DNA of 64,000 nt from Oscillospiraceae bacterium (GTDB taxonomy: Bacteria > Bacillota > Clostridia > Oscillospirales > CAG-382): NCBI GenBank assembly GCA_015063885.1, contig SVTH01000007.1, positions 41,566-105,565 on the forward strand, written 5' to 3'. Position numbers and translations under genes: made by a program. Under the pieces are notes generated by a model that was not told the DNA's origin, did not search any database, and saw only the letters and a list, made by a program, of their open reading frames with translations. Below are positions 1-9,490 of this stretch, in pieces. Numbering within the stretch: the stretch's first letter is position 1; each line of letters starts with the position of its first letter.

Positions 1-424
1 GGGTAGCGGCTGTGCTATACGTAGCGTTTTCGCCCTTCACACCCCAGGACTGTCATTCTGAGCGGAGCCGCGGAGAAGGGCGCAAGGATAGAAAAGAAAA
101 GGCAATCCCGCGGCGGAGTCGAAGTTTTGCGGAGAAGGAAAGGTGCGTCAGCACCGTTCGGAGCAAAACCGAAGCCTGCGATAGCGGGCTGAGGGATATG
201 GTTGGGAGTTAGATCAACCTTTCTGTAACGTAAGAACTGTTTATAGTAACTGACGGAACGGGAAAAGACGGTATAGCAAATGTGTAACCATACCCTCAAA
301 AAATGCTTGGCATTTTTTGACTCTTATTCGGGCTCACGCCGCTCATAAGAGTTCGACTCGTGCGGGTTGTTTCCTTGTGCACCGCCGCGACGGCTCTATC
401 CCGCACTCGCTCAGAGTGACCATC

Positions 425-600
425 GGGCGCTGTAGCGGCCGATATAAAGGTTACGTTTCTTGCGTCCTATACAAAACGCCGCTAACGCGTCGTTTTGCGA
501 CTGCGGTGCTGTTTGCGAGGCGCTGTAGCGGCCGATATAAAGGTTACGTTTCTTGCGCCCTATACAAAACGCCGCTAACGCGTCGTTTTGCAACCGCAGT
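425..600. repeat. Two tandem copies of an ~83-bp non-coding unit (GCGCTGTAGCGGCCGATATAAAGGTTACGTTTCTTGCG.CCTATACAAAACGCCGCTAACGCGTCGTTTTGC...)
   Basis: Read directly. The unit starting near 428 recurs near 511 with a few substitutions, in the non-coding region upstream of coaX. Confidence 0.8.
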
Positions 601-795
601 ACCGTTTGAAGGGCGATTGGGTGCGGACTTAAAGGTAGCATCAGTACGCCGACTTGGTCATCTCTAAGCACACCAACCCTGCGGGTTGGCGACCCGCGGC
701 GTCTTCCATAGCGCTTTTATCCTTCAACCCCCACTTGACTTTTTCCCGAAAATATGCTACTATATCCCCGCAAGAAAAGGAAAGGACATCCCACC

Positions 796-1560
796 ATGAT
801 CCTCACCGTAGACATCGGCAACACCAATATCGGGCTGGGCGGCTTTTCGGAGGGCAATTTGACCTTCGTGGCAAAGATCGCCTCCAATCCTCACCTGACG
901 GGTGACGAATACGCCTGCAAGCTTTTGGAGATCCTGTCTTTGCACGGCGTGGAAAAGGACGCCGTGGAGGGTGCCATCCTCTCTTCCGTCGTCCCTCTCA
1001 TCACCGACGTGATGAAGCAAGCCCTTTCCATCGCCTACGGCGTCACCCCCATGACGGTGGGGCCGGGGATCAAAACGGGGCTGGGCATCCGTTGTGACGA
1101 CCCCGTTTCCGTGGGAGCGGATCTCATCTGCGCCTGTGTGGCGGCAAAACAGCTTTACGGCTGTCCCGCCTTGATCGTGGATATGGGTACCGCCACCAAG
1201 ATGATGGTGGTGGATAACAAGGGCGCCTTCATCGGCGTTTCCATCATTCCCGGGGTCTCCATGGGGCTGAACGCCCTGTCTGCGGGGACGGCACAGCTTC
1301 CCCAGGTGAGCCTCCAGGCACCGCCTGCCGCCATCGGCAAGAACACGGCGGACTGTATGCGCTCCGGGGTGGTGTACGGCAACGCCGCCATGGTGGACGG
1401 CATGATCCGCCGCATGAACAGGGAGTACGGCGAGACCCTCCCCGTCATTGCCACGGGAGGCGCCGCAGAAACGGTGATCCCTCATTGCGAAAGCGAGATC
1501 ACCTGTGATCGGCATTTGGTGCTGAAGGGCTTGCACCTTCTGTACCTGCGTAACAATTGA
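796..1560 (+). CDS. coaX: Type III pantothenate kinase
   Basis: N-terminus MILTVDIGNTNIGLG and a ...DMGTATK...ATGG... pattern typical of CoaX/Bvg accessory factor family. ATG at 796 was chosen over the 754 ORF start because of homology and an upstream AAAGGAAAGGA. Confidence 0.9.
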   Translation: MILTVDIGNTNIGLGGFSEGNLTFVAKIASNPHLTGDEYACKLLEILSLHGVEKDAVEGAILSSVVPLITDVMKQALSIAYGVTPMTVGPGIKTGLGIRCDDPVSVGADLICACVAAKQLYGCPALIVDMGTATKMMVVDNKGAFIGVSIIPGVSMGLNALSAGTAQLPQVSLQAPPAAIGKNTADCMRSGVVYGNAAMVDGMIRRMNREYGETLPVIATGGAAETVIPHCESEITCDRHLVLKGLHLLYLRNN

Positions 1561-1633
1561 ATCAAAAAAAGAAACATAAAAAAAGCGTTGTACCGCCTTT
1601 TGCGGCGGACGACAGCAAGGAGGAAACTTTTTT

Positions 1634-2221
1634 ATGCAAACACAAAAGAGGCAGAGAATGTCCACCGAGACCATGGTCTTCGGCGCCATCCTGACCGCAT
1701 TGGTGGTGGTTCTGCAGATGATGGGCTCCTTCATCCATTTGGGGATGTTTTCCATCTCCCTGGTATTGGTTCCCATCGTCATCGGCGCTTCCGTAGGGGG
1801 CGCAAAGCTGGGCGCCTGGCTTGGCGGCGTCTTCGGCATCGTGGTGCTGATCAGCGGAGACGCGGCGGCGTTCCTGGCCATCAACGTTCCCGGTACCATC
1901 ATCACCGTTATGGTCAAAGGCATCGCCTGCGGATTGGTGGCAGGGGTGGTGTACAAATGGCTCTCCAAGTACGACCGCTACGCATCCGTGATCATTTCCG
2001 CACTGGTCTGCCCCGTGGTGAACACGGGCGTGTTCCTGTTGGGTTGCAGCGTGTTCTTTATGGACACCATCAAGACCTGGGCGCTGGCAGACTTCGGCGA
2101 GAATTTTATGGCCTACCTGTTTTTGGGCCTGGCAGGCGTGAACTTCCTGGTGGAGGTGGCCATCAACGTTTTGCTGACCCCCGCCATCGTCAGACTGCTG
2201 GATCTTCGGAAAAAGAAATAA
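1634..2221 (+). CDS. ECF transporter S component (vitamin-type; the coaX neighbour suggests a pantothenate-related substrate)
   Basis: About 195 aa with a multi-TM small-protein pattern typical of ECF S components. AAGGAGG lies 9 nt upstream of the ATG. The substrate is an inference from context only. Confidence 0.75.
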   Translation: MQTQKRQRMSTETMVFGAILTALVVVLQMMGSFIHLGMFSISLVLVPIVIGASVGGAKLGAWLGGVFGIVVLISGDAAAFLAINVPGTIITVMVKGIACGLVAGVVYKWLSKYDRYASVIISALVCPVVNTGVFLLGCSVFFMDTIKTWALADFGENFMAYLFLGLAGVNFLVEVAINVLLTPAIVRLLDLRKKK

Positions 2222-2228
2222 ACAGAGA

Positions 2229-2261
2229 AAACCTTCCGTGTCAAAAACGGAAGGTTTTTTG
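2229..2261 (+). terminator. Rho-independent terminator after the ECF S gene
   Basis: ACCTTCCG-N9-CGGAAGGT followed by a T-run. Confidence 0.8.
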
Positions 2262-2586
2262 TGTGGATGAGGAGCCTCATCCACCGTCTGCAAGCATCCG
2301 GTTCCCCGAAAGTAATCGACCGAAGGGAGATTTCTTTTCCCCTTTGGGGAGGCAAGAAACTCCCTGCGGGAGTTGAGAATGATCGTATGCCCCTTCGGGG
2401 CGTGAATCGGATTTGCATATACGCTCGACAGATCATTGGCTACGAAGGATTGAAATCAATTTTTCGCACGCCGAAGGCGGGCTCTTACCTTCCCCTTTGG
2501 GGAAGGGGGACCATTGCGGGGATAAGTGAGTAAGAAAAACGGGTCTTGGCAATCTCCCCGCAATGGTGGATGAGGTTCTGTTCCCC

Positions 2587-3858
2587 TCACTTCACCCGCT
2601 CCCTTAACTTAAACAGCAAAAACAAATTGGGGAAGATCATCACCCCGCCCAAAACGTCCGCCAGGGTCAGCAGGCTTTCCAGGGGCAGCAGCGCCCCCAA
2701 AAAGGCGCAGACCACACTGCAAAGGGAATACACCGTCTCTCCTGCGGGGAGGCGCAGAAACTGCAGGCACACGCGGCTGTAATAGCACCAGCTGAGAATG
2801 GATGCGAAGGCAAACACCGCAGAAAGCAGGGCAAACAGCCCGCTTCCCCACCCCCAAAGCATGGGCGCAAACAGGGCGTGGATGCTGTTTTCTCCCGTCA
2901 CCAACAGCGCCAGCGCAGTCAAGGTGGACACCAAAAAGGTATCCGCAAACACCTCAAAGATCCCCCACTCCCCCTGACGGCGGGGATCCCCCTCTCCGGA
3001 GGCGGCGTGGGCAAGGGGAGAGGAGCCCACGCCCGCTTCGTTGGAGAACACCCCCCGGGCAAAGCCCTCCCGCATGGAGGCGGCAATGAGACTTCCGGAG
3101 ACCCCTCCCGCTAAGGGACGGATGCCGAAGGCGCCTGCAAGGATCCTGCCCAAGGCATCGGGCAGGGCGGAAGCGTGGGTCAACACCACCCACGCCGTGA
3201 CGGCCACGTACAAAAAGGAGGCCGCAGGCACCAATACCCCGTTCCACCTGCCGATCCGCTCCCTGCCTCCCCACAGGCAGTACGCCAACAGCAGTCCGCA
3301 CACCCCGCCGCACAGCAGGGGAGAGATCCCCATAGCGGAGGCGGTCTCCGTAAGGGCGCCGATCTGGGTGAGATTCCCCACCCCGAAGGATGCCAGAACG
3401 CACAGCAGGGCAAAGAACACCGCCGTTTTGGGGTGCCCCAGGTCCCGCAGGATGTAGGGCGCCCCGCCCACGTAGCCGTTCTTCGTCTGTTTGCGGTGCT
3501 TCACCGCCAAGAATACCTCGGCGTATTTCAGCGCCATACCGCCCAATCCGCTGACCCACATCCAGAACACGCTTCCCGCTCCTCCCACGGCAATGCCGTA
3601 GGCAACTCCCGTGATGCTCCCGATGCCTACGGTGCCTCCCAGGGCGGTGGCCACGGCACGGAGCAGGGCTTTTCCGTCCTTCCCACGGGGAAGACTGCCA
3701 ACCGTCCGCTTCAAGACCCCGCACAAACGCAAGGGCAGAAAGCGGGTCTTCACGGTGAAATACCCCCCGAAGGACAGAAGAAGCCCGATGAGGGGCATCC
3801 CCCAAAGGGCGTTACGAATCATATCCAGCATCCAAAAAAGCTCCTTTCGGGTTGACAA
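2587..3858 (-). CDS. Sodium:alanine (amino acid) symporter family protein (AGCS)
   Basis: 423 aa polytopic protein with AGCS-like motifs (GGAGSVFWMW, FSNEAGVGSSPLAHAA). Confidence 0.85.
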   Translation of the reverse strand: MSTRKELFWMLDMIRNALWGMPLIGLLLSFGGYFTVKTRFLPLRLCGVLKRTVGSLPRGKDGKALLRAVATALGGTVGIGSITGVAYGIAVGGAGSVFWMWVSGLGGMALKYAEVFLAVKHRKQTKNGYVGGAPYILRDLGHPKTAVFFALLCVLASFGVGNLTQIGALTETASAMGISPLLCGGVCGLLLAYCLWGGRERIGRWNGVLVPAASFLYVAVTAWVVLTHASALPDALGRILAGAFGIRPLAGGVSGSLIAASMREGFARGVFSNEAGVGSSPLAHAASGEGDPRRQGEWGIFEVFADTFLVSTLTALALLVTGENSIHALFAPMLWGWGSGLFALLSAVFAFASILSWCYYSRVCLQFLRLPAGETVYSLCSVVCAFLGALLPLESLLTLADVLGGVMIFPNLFLLFKLRERVK

Positions 3859-3912
3859 AGGGCGGAAAATATGCTACCATGAAGAAAATCGTGAAAGGAA
3901 ACCGCCGTCGAG

Positions 3913-4437
3913 ATGAGATCGTTGTACGTTGCGGAAGCCTCCCTGTGGCTTCCCACCCTGAAAGCAGGGGAGACCATTCTGCTGAGCGGCAGAGTATATA
4001 CCGCCAGGGACGCGGCGCACAAGCGCCTGGACGGACTGCTGGACGCAGGGGAGGCATTGCCCTTTGACCTGCAGGGCGCCTTCGTGTATTACGCAGGTCC
4101 CACCCCCGCCCCCGCAGGGAAGGTATGCGGCTCCTTCGGCCCCACCACCTCCTGCCGTATGGACGGCTTTGCTTCCCGCCTGTACCGCAGGGGGCTGGCA
4201 GGCACCATTGGCAAAGGGGGCAGATCTCCCGCGGTGGCGGACGCCATCAAGGAAACGGGGGGCACCTACCTCATCGCCGTAGGCGGTGCGGGCGCCTTCT
4301 GCGCCTCCAAGATCACCTCCTGCCGTGAGATCGCCTTCCACGACCTGGGGTGCGAATCCATCAAGGAGCTCACCTTCAAGGACTTCCCCCTCACCGTGGC
4401 CATCGACAGCAAGGGGAACGACCTCTTCGCCCGCTAA
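3913..4437 (+). CDS. Fe-S type hydro-lyase beta subunit (class I fumarate hydratase / L(+)-tartrate dehydratase C-terminal domain)
   Basis: LKAGE..LLSG.VYTARDAAHKRL and GPTTS.RMD...IGKG motifs. TTGACA at 3852 is a plausible promoter. Confidence 0.8.
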   Translation: MRSLYVAEASLWLPTLKAGETILLSGRVYTARDAAHKRLDGLLDAGEALPFDLQGAFVYYAGPTPAPAGKVCGSFGPTTSCRMDGFASRLYRRGLAGTIGKGGRSPAVADAIKETGGTYLIAVGGAGAFCASKITSCREIAFHDLGCESIKELTFKDFPLTVAIDSKGNDLFAR

Positions 4438-5654
4438 AGAATGGGATCCGGCGGCTTCACCTGGGGAGGCGGCTGCTCGCCCACCTCCAAGGGGAGATCC
4501 ATCCCGATATTTTCCAAAACCGTAGCGCTTACGTTCAATACGTAAGCGTTTTGTATTTTGTCAAAAAGAAAGGTCTCCTCCCAGGCAAGCACCTCTCCCA
4601 GGGAGGCCAGCCATTGCTCCCGCTCAAGCCTTGCGTCGGCTTTCAGCATGGCCTCCGTGAAGGGCACGGTCTCCTTTTTGTATTCCCGATAGGTCACCTT
4701 GGTCACCGTCACGGGGGTCTCGATAAAGCCCAACAGCATCACGGGGGTCTCTTCCACCACCGTATCGAACCGCAAATACGGGCTTTCGGAGCTGACGGCG
4801 AACTCCTTCCCCAAAACGGACACCACCCGCCGTACCTTTTCCCGCCCGGTGTAGTGCTTCACCTCCCTTTCCACGGGGAACACAGCGGAATGGGTCTCGT
4901 ACACCCGGGCAAGAACCTCTCCCCGTGCGTGGTGCACCCGATACACGTTCCGCTTCCCCACGGAAAAGGCGGAGATCAAAATCTGCCCCGCCTCCACCAC
5001 CTCCCCGGGGGAGACGATGACGGTGCCTGCGGCAGATTTTGCGGAGACGATGATCCCGTCGCGGGTGGCCGCCACGTTGCAGTACCCCGACGTGTCCTGC
5101 CGCGGGGGCTCGTGGACCCGCTCCAGAACCTCCACTTGAATATGGGTGCCCTTCACGTTGATGGCCACGGAGGAAAGGTCGTGAAACTGCAAAAGAAAAC
5201 GGTTCTGCACCTCCAAAACGGGGATGGCGGGGATGTAGCTCCCCACGGCCACCCCTTGGGCCTCCAGAGCGTCCAGAATGACTCCGTCGGGCACCGTCGT
5301 ATTGCCGTTCACCGTCACCTTCCAAACGAACAGCTCACTGTAAAACAAAAGGGCCAGCCCCAAAAACAGCCCCAGCAGGAGCCCGGGACGCTTTTTGTAT
5401 TTGGCCGCAAAGAAGGGGAGCCCCCGCGTCTTCACGATCTCCCCCGGGATCCCCGCCTCCCGTGCGTTGTTCAAAAGCAGCTCCCCGCAGGAAAGGGTGG
5501 TCTTCAGATACCAAACCCCGTCCCCGCCGCAGAGGCTCCAGAACAGCACCCGATGGGCGGTCAGCCGCCGCAGAAAGGGCAGGGGATCGACGCAGGACAG
5601 CTTCACGGTGTATTCCCCCGTGATGGGGCGTAACAGCTTATACACGATCGGCAT
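4434..5654 (-). CDS. yqfD: Sporulation protein YqfD
   Basis: 406 aa with one central TM segment. Typical YqfD layout, placed directly downstream of yqfC. Confidence 0.85.
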   Translation of the reverse strand: MPIVYKLLRPITGEYTVKLSCVDPLPFLRRLTAHRVLFWSLCGGDGVWYLKTTLSCGELLLNNAREAGIPGEIVKTRGLPFFAAKYKKRPGLLLGLFLGLALLFYSELFVWKVTVNGNTTVPDGVILDALEAQGVAVGSYIPAIPVLEVQNRFLLQFHDLSSVAINVKGTHIQVEVLERVHEPPRQDTSGYCNVAATRDGIIVSAKSAAGTVIVSPGEVVEAGQILISAFSVGKRNVYRVHHARGEVLARVYETHSAVFPVEREVKHYTGREKVRRVVSVLGKEFAVSSESPYLRFDTVVEETPVMLLGFIETPVTVTKVTYREYKKETVPFTEAMLKADARLEREQWLASLGEVLAWEETFLFDKIQNAYVLNVSATVLENIGMDLPLEVGEQPPPQVKPPDPIL

Positions 5655-5928
5655 CCTCCGGCAGGTAGCACACCTTGCGGATCTCTCCTTCGATCACGAT
5701 GCAGGTCTCGGAAAGAAACCGCATCTCCAGATCCTTCCCGAACACGCCGATGCGGTGCTCCCCGCCCCCCAGGGTCATGCGGGTGTCTCCGTATTCCAGA
5801 AGCCCGTCAATGCCCTCCGCCACCAAACGGTGAAAGCCCCGCCATTCCAGGAAGATCCCCGCGGATCTTTGGGGCAGGAGCTTTTGCGCCAGCCGTTCCA
5901 GGCTGTTTTTTCTTTGGTTTTCCATCAT
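5638..5928 (-). CDS. yqfC: Sporulation protein YqfC (YabP family)
   Basis: The C-terminal 96 aa of the long 5638..6993 ORF (MMENQRKNSLERLAQ...IEGEIRKVCYLPE) matches the YabP/YqfC pattern. The rest of that ORF is antisense to the ylbJ-like gene. Confidence 0.8.
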   Translation of the reverse strand: MMENQRKNSLERLAQKLLPQRSAGIFLEWRGFHRLVAEGIDGLLEYGDTRMTLGGGEHRIGVFGKDLEMRFLSETCIVIEGEIRKVCYLPEDADRV

Positions 5929-5971
5929 ATCATCCCCTGTAACACAAGTATATTGTAGGGGAGATGGTTTT

Positions 5972-6838
5972 ATGAGGCTTTTGAAGGGGCTTGCCCCCGG
6001 GCTGCCCTTGGCGTTTTTTGCCTTCCTGCTGGCGGAGCCCGCCTTCACGGCGGAGACGGTCTTACAGCGCACGGTGTTCTTTCTTTGCAAGGTGTTTCCC
6101 ACCCTGTTTCCCGCCCTGTGCCTTTCGGGGATGCTGGCGGAGTCCCCCTGGGCGGAAAAGCTGTACAGGCTCCCCCTGGGTGCGGAGCTGACGGTTTGGG
6201 TGCTGGGGATGCTCTGCGGCTTCCCCGTGGGGGCAAAATGCGCCTTCCGCCTGTACGAAGGGGGCAGGATCACCAAACGGCGGGCGGAGCTTCTCTGCGC
6301 CTTCTCGTCCCTCGCCTCAACCCCCTTTCTCCTGGGCGTGGTTGGGAGCTCCTTGTTCGGAGATCCTGCCTTCGGATGGCTTCTTGCGGCCTTACAGGGG
6401 GTCAGCTCCCTGCTGACGGCAGGGATCCTGTATACCGTCTTCCGCCCGGGGTGGCAGGGCGTCCTTTCCGTAGGGAGAGGGAACGCTTCCTTCCTCTCGC
6501 GGATCACCTCCGCCACCCGCACCGCAGGGGAGGTGGGAGGCATGCTCATCTTCTTCGGCACGGCGGCGGATTGCCTGGAACGGCTTTGCGGCTTGGAGGG
6601 CAAGGCGGGGGTGCTGGTCACCTCCTTGCTGGAATTTTCCGCAGGCTGCGGCAAGGCGGCGGAGCTGGGAGAGGGCGGGAAGCTGCTTGCCGTCCTGGCG
6701 GTGGGCTTTTCCGGACTTTGCGTCCTGGGGCAGGTGTCCGCCGTCACCAAGGGGAAGCTTTCCCTTTTGCCATATCTGGGGGGAAAACTGATCCACACCG
6801 CCTTGATGGGCGTGCTGTTTCTGACGGTCACGGGCTGA
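5972..6838 (+). CDS. Sporulation integral membrane protein, YlbJ-like (nucleoside-recognition-domain membrane protein)
   Basis: 288 aa polytopic membrane protein next to yqfCD. The family call is by resemblance only. Confidence 0.6.
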   Translation: MRLLKGLAPGLPLAFFAFLLAEPAFTAETVLQRTVFFLCKVFPTLFPALCLSGMLAESPWAEKLYRLPLGAELTVWVLGMLCGFPVGAKCAFRLYEGGRITKRRAELLCAFSSLASTPFLLGVVGSSLFGDPAFGWLLAALQGVSSLLTAGILYTVFRPGWQGVLSVGRGNASFLSRITSATRTAGEVGGMLIFFGTAADCLERLCGLEGKAGVLVTSLLEFSAGCGKAAELGEGGKLLAVLAVGFSGLCVLGQVSAVTKGKLSLLPYLGGKLIHTALMGVLFLTVTG

Positions 6839-6963
6839 AAACTTTTTCTCATAAAAATTCCGTAAAAGCCTTGACAAAACGGAATATTTGTGTATAATAG
6901 TTTTTGCGCGTTTGGAGAGTGACCTCGCTTTCCGCAAAAACAAAATGCGCAAAATATGGATCT

Positions 6964-7048
6964 GCGGCTGTGGCGGAATTGGCAGACGCGCACGTTTGAG
7001 GGGCGTGTGGAGTACTCCGTATGGGTTCAAGTCCCATCAGCCGCACCA
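6964..7048 (+). tRNA. tRNA-Leu (anticodon GAG), CCA encoded
   Basis: Hand-folded. Acceptor GCGGCTG/CAGCCGC, anticodon stem CACGT/GCGTG with loop TTGAGGG, long variable arm, T-arm TGGG-TTCAAGT-CCCA, 3' ACCA. Confidence 0.9.
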
Positions 7049-7050
7049 GT

Positions 7051-7086
7051 AAAAAAGAACGAAGCAAACGCTTCGTTCTTTTTTTA
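7051..7086. terminator. Bidirectional rho-independent terminator
   Basis: AAGAACGAAGC-AAAC-GCTTCGTTCTT flanked by an A-run and a T-run. Confidence 0.85.
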
Positions 7087-7132
7087 TCCAATCCAAAGAA
7101 AGAAACGGCTTGCCGCGGGCAAGCCGTTTTCG

Positions 7133-7534
7133 TTATTTCATCCATTCTTCCGTGAGCCGCAGGATCTCCGGGGCCACACGGGCTTTTTCTTTTTGCAGAA
7201 CACGGTTGTAGACAGGGTAGGCCAGGCAGATCAGAGCGATCCCCGGCAGAGCCACGGGGATCCCGATGAGCATTCCCATCTCACGGGTGAGCCCAAAGAA
7301 GTCCGCCAGTTCCGACAGGGCAAGGCTCATACCAAAGCCTAAGATCAAGGCCCCGATCACACCTAAGGTGAGGGCGATCACCCGTGCCTTGTTCCCCACG
7401 GAGGCGTCCAGACGGCGGATCCGCTGTAAGGGAGACTCCTCCTCGGCGGGGGCGTATTTCTTGCGGATGGCCCTGATCTCCGCTTGTTCCTTTGCGGAAT
7501 AGGTATAGGAAAAGGTCTCTTTTTCTCGGCTCAT
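7133..7534 (-). CDS. Small membrane protein, unknown function
   Basis: 133 aa from MSREKETF. Two predicted TM helices. Last gene of the RR-HK operon. Confidence 0.6.
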   Translation of the reverse strand: MSREKETFSYTYSAKEQAEIRAIRKKYAPAEEESPLQRIRRLDASVGNKARVIALTLGVIGALILGFGMSLALSELADFFGLTREMGMLIGIPVALPGIALICLAYPVYNRVLQKEKARVAPEILRLTEEWMK

Positions 7535-8412
7535 TTTGCTAAGCCTCCTTCTTTCAGCTTTTGAACGCTTTGAACGATCATAAACACCGCCATGGCAAGG
7601 ATCACCAAGGAAACGGCGCCTCCCGTCAGTCCAAGAAGCAGCTTCTTTCCAAACAGATCCATCTCCCCGCGGTCGAACACGGTGAGGAGGGTGGTGGTGA
7701 GGGTGAGCATGGAAACGCAGGCCGCCGCCAGGCTGACGCATTTGGAGGCGGTGAACACGGGGCTTTGATGCTTGCAGTAACGGATCAGGTTCACGATGGC
7801 CAGGGTCATGGCGGTAAAGGTGTACGCCGCCAGGGTGATGGCGGTGATCTCATGGTGGCGGAAGGTCCTGCCCCAATACACCATGAAGAAGATCATCAAG
7901 GAGATGGCCAGGTTCATCACCAGGAAGACGATGCCGCAGGCGCGGTATTTCTTCCATTCCAACAGCGGATTTTCCCCGGGACGGTTCTTCCCCATGTACC
8001 GCGCCAGAAAGAGACGCATGGCAGCAAGGGAGATATAGTACCCCGCCAGGGAAAAGAACCAAAAGGAACGGTGGGTGAACCCCAGCCCTACTTGCAATAC
8101 GGCGTAGGCCACGTTGATCCCCAAGGAGAACCAAAGGCTTATCCGTACCCGCAGTCTCGGATCGGCTTGCCACCGCAGAGCATACTTATTTCCCTGTTTG
8201 AAAGCCTTCCAGAACCCGATGATACGGGGGATACGGAAACACCAAACCGTGAGGGTATAGGCCGCCAGAACGTACGAGGGGACGGCATAGAGGGATTCGG
8301 GCCCCGCCAGGAGCATGGAAGCTCCCATCAAGCCTCCCCCGAGGGGAAGCAGTAGCCGGCAAAGCCACGTAGGCGGGAACAAAATTCTCCGCAGCAGCTC
8401 AGGCATCTTCAT
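7531..8412 (-). CDS. Polytopic membrane protein, unknown function
   Basis: 293 aa with multiple hydrophobic helices. Overlaps the stop of the histidine kinase gene, suggesting translational coupling. Confidence 0.65.
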   Translation of the reverse strand: MKMPELLRRILFPPTWLCRLLLPLGGGLMGASMLLAGPESLYAVPSYVLAAYTLTVWCFRIPRIIGFWKAFKQGNKYALRWQADPRLRVRISLWFSLGINVAYAVLQVGLGFTHRSFWFFSLAGYYISLAAMRLFLARYMGKNRPGENPLLEWKKYRACGIVFLVMNLAISLMIFFMVYWGRTFRHHEITAITLAAYTFTAMTLAIVNLIRYCKHQSPVFTASKCVSLAAACVSMLTLTTTLLTVFDRGEMDLFGKKLLLGLTGGAVSLVILAMAVFMIVQSVQKLKEGGLAK

Positions 8413-9490
8413 GGGGTGCTCTCCTGATCCGTACGGTGAAGGTACTGCCCGCGCCGGGAGTGCTTTCCACGGAGATCTCCCCGCGGAGAATGTCCACCAC
8501 CCGTTTTACCAGGGCAAGCCCCAGCCCGTTGCCCCGTGTGGCGCGGGAGGTATCTCCCTGGTAGAATTTCTCAAAAATATGGGCGCCCACCTCGGGGGTC
8601 ATACCGCATCCCGTGTCCTTCACCTTCACCACCGCGTGATGTGCCGTGGCGGTGAGGGTCACGGAGACCGTCCCTCCCGAAGGGGTGAACTTAAAGGCGT
8701 TGGAAAGGAGATTGTTCCATACCAGGGCAAGGAGCTCGCCGTCTGCCTTCACGGTGACGTTTTCTTCGATCTCCGTCTCGATGTGGATGTTTTCCTTTTC
8801 CCAAACGCTTTCAAACTGCAAAAGGCTTTCGCAAAGCTGTTCTCCCAGGTCGAATTCCGAAGTCTTCGGGAAGATCTGCTGGTTCTCCAGGCGGTTCAGC
8901 TTCAGAATGTTGGTCATCATATCCGCCATGCGGCGGGCGGCCTCCGTTACCCCTGCGGCGTATTCCTTCCGCTTTTCCTCGGAAAGATCCTCCGTTTGCA
9001 ACAGGGTGCCGTAATTCTGCATCACCGCCAAGGGGGTCTTCATCTCGTGGGACACGTTGGCGATGAAATCCGTGCGCAACGTCTCCACGCTGCTTAGCTC
9101 CTCCGCCATGCGGTTGAAGCAATCCGTCACCTGCCCGAAAGCGTCGTCGGAGCCCACGTGGGCAGGGCGGGGGATCCGTACGGAGAAATCTCCGCTGATG
9201 ATCTTTTCCGCCGCCTCGGTGATCCGCTTCACAGGGCGCTCCACCGTGAGCCTTCTGCGGATCAGATCCGCCCCGAAGAACACAAAGCTCAACAGCACCA
9301 CGTTCCAGAAGGTCAGCTTTGCCGCCGTGCCGATCATCTCGTCGGTGAAGACGATCCCCAGGGAATCTCTCAGCAGGGAAACGAACAGCATGGTACAGCA
9401 GGTGATCACGAAGGCCACCAGCAAAAAGAACACGAAGAACCCGCTGAGATACTTCAGCACCGTTCGGGTCTTGCTTTTTCTCTCCCTCAT
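8399..9490 (-). CDS. Sensor histidine kinase (TM-HAMP-HisKA-HATPase_c)
   Basis: H-box FIANVSHEMKTPL, N-box LLSNAFKFT, G-boxes DTGCGM and GLGLALV. Confidence 0.9.
   Translation of the reverse strand: MRERKSKTRTVLKYLSGFFVFFLLVAFVITCCTMLFVSLLRDSLGIVFTDEMIGTAAKLTFWNVVLLSFVFFGADLIRRRLTVERPVKRITEAAEKIISGDFSVRIPRPAHVGSDDAFGQVTDCFNRMAEELSSVETLRTDFIANVSHEMKTPLAVMQNYGTLLQTEDLSEEKRKEYAAGVTEAARRMADMMTNILKLNRLENQQIFPKTSEFDLGEQLCESLLQFESVWEKENIHIETEIEENVTVKADGELLALVWNNLLSNAFKFTPSGGTVSVTLTATAHHAVVKVKDTGCGMTPEVGAHIFEKFYQGDTSRATRGNGLGLALVKRVVDILRGEISVESTPGAGSTFTVRIRRAPHEDA

Noticed and set aside
425-600. Possible CRISPR array
   Set aside because: There are only two directly abutting copies of an 83-bp unit, with no spacers and no cas genes. 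No CRISPR-like arrays were seen anywhere else in the window.
760-1968. 402-aa ORF on the minus strand overlapping coaX and the ECF S gene
   Set aside because: It is antisense to two genes with clear homology. It has a low-complexity Arg/Gly/His-rich translation typical of shadow ORFs in high-GC DNA. The same reasoning applies to 12900..14600(+), 17572..18636(+), 21330..22448(+), 23180..25156(-), 25786..26934(-), 28366..30270(-), 30280..31323(+), 32605..34134(+), 36565..39114(+), 39333..40298(+), 44178..46439(+) and 46730..48289(+).
5638-6993. 451-aa ORF on the minus strand
   Set aside because: Only the last 96 codons (5638..5928) look like a real protein (YqfC). The upstream part is antisense to the ylbJ-like gene and runs across the tRNA-Leu gene.
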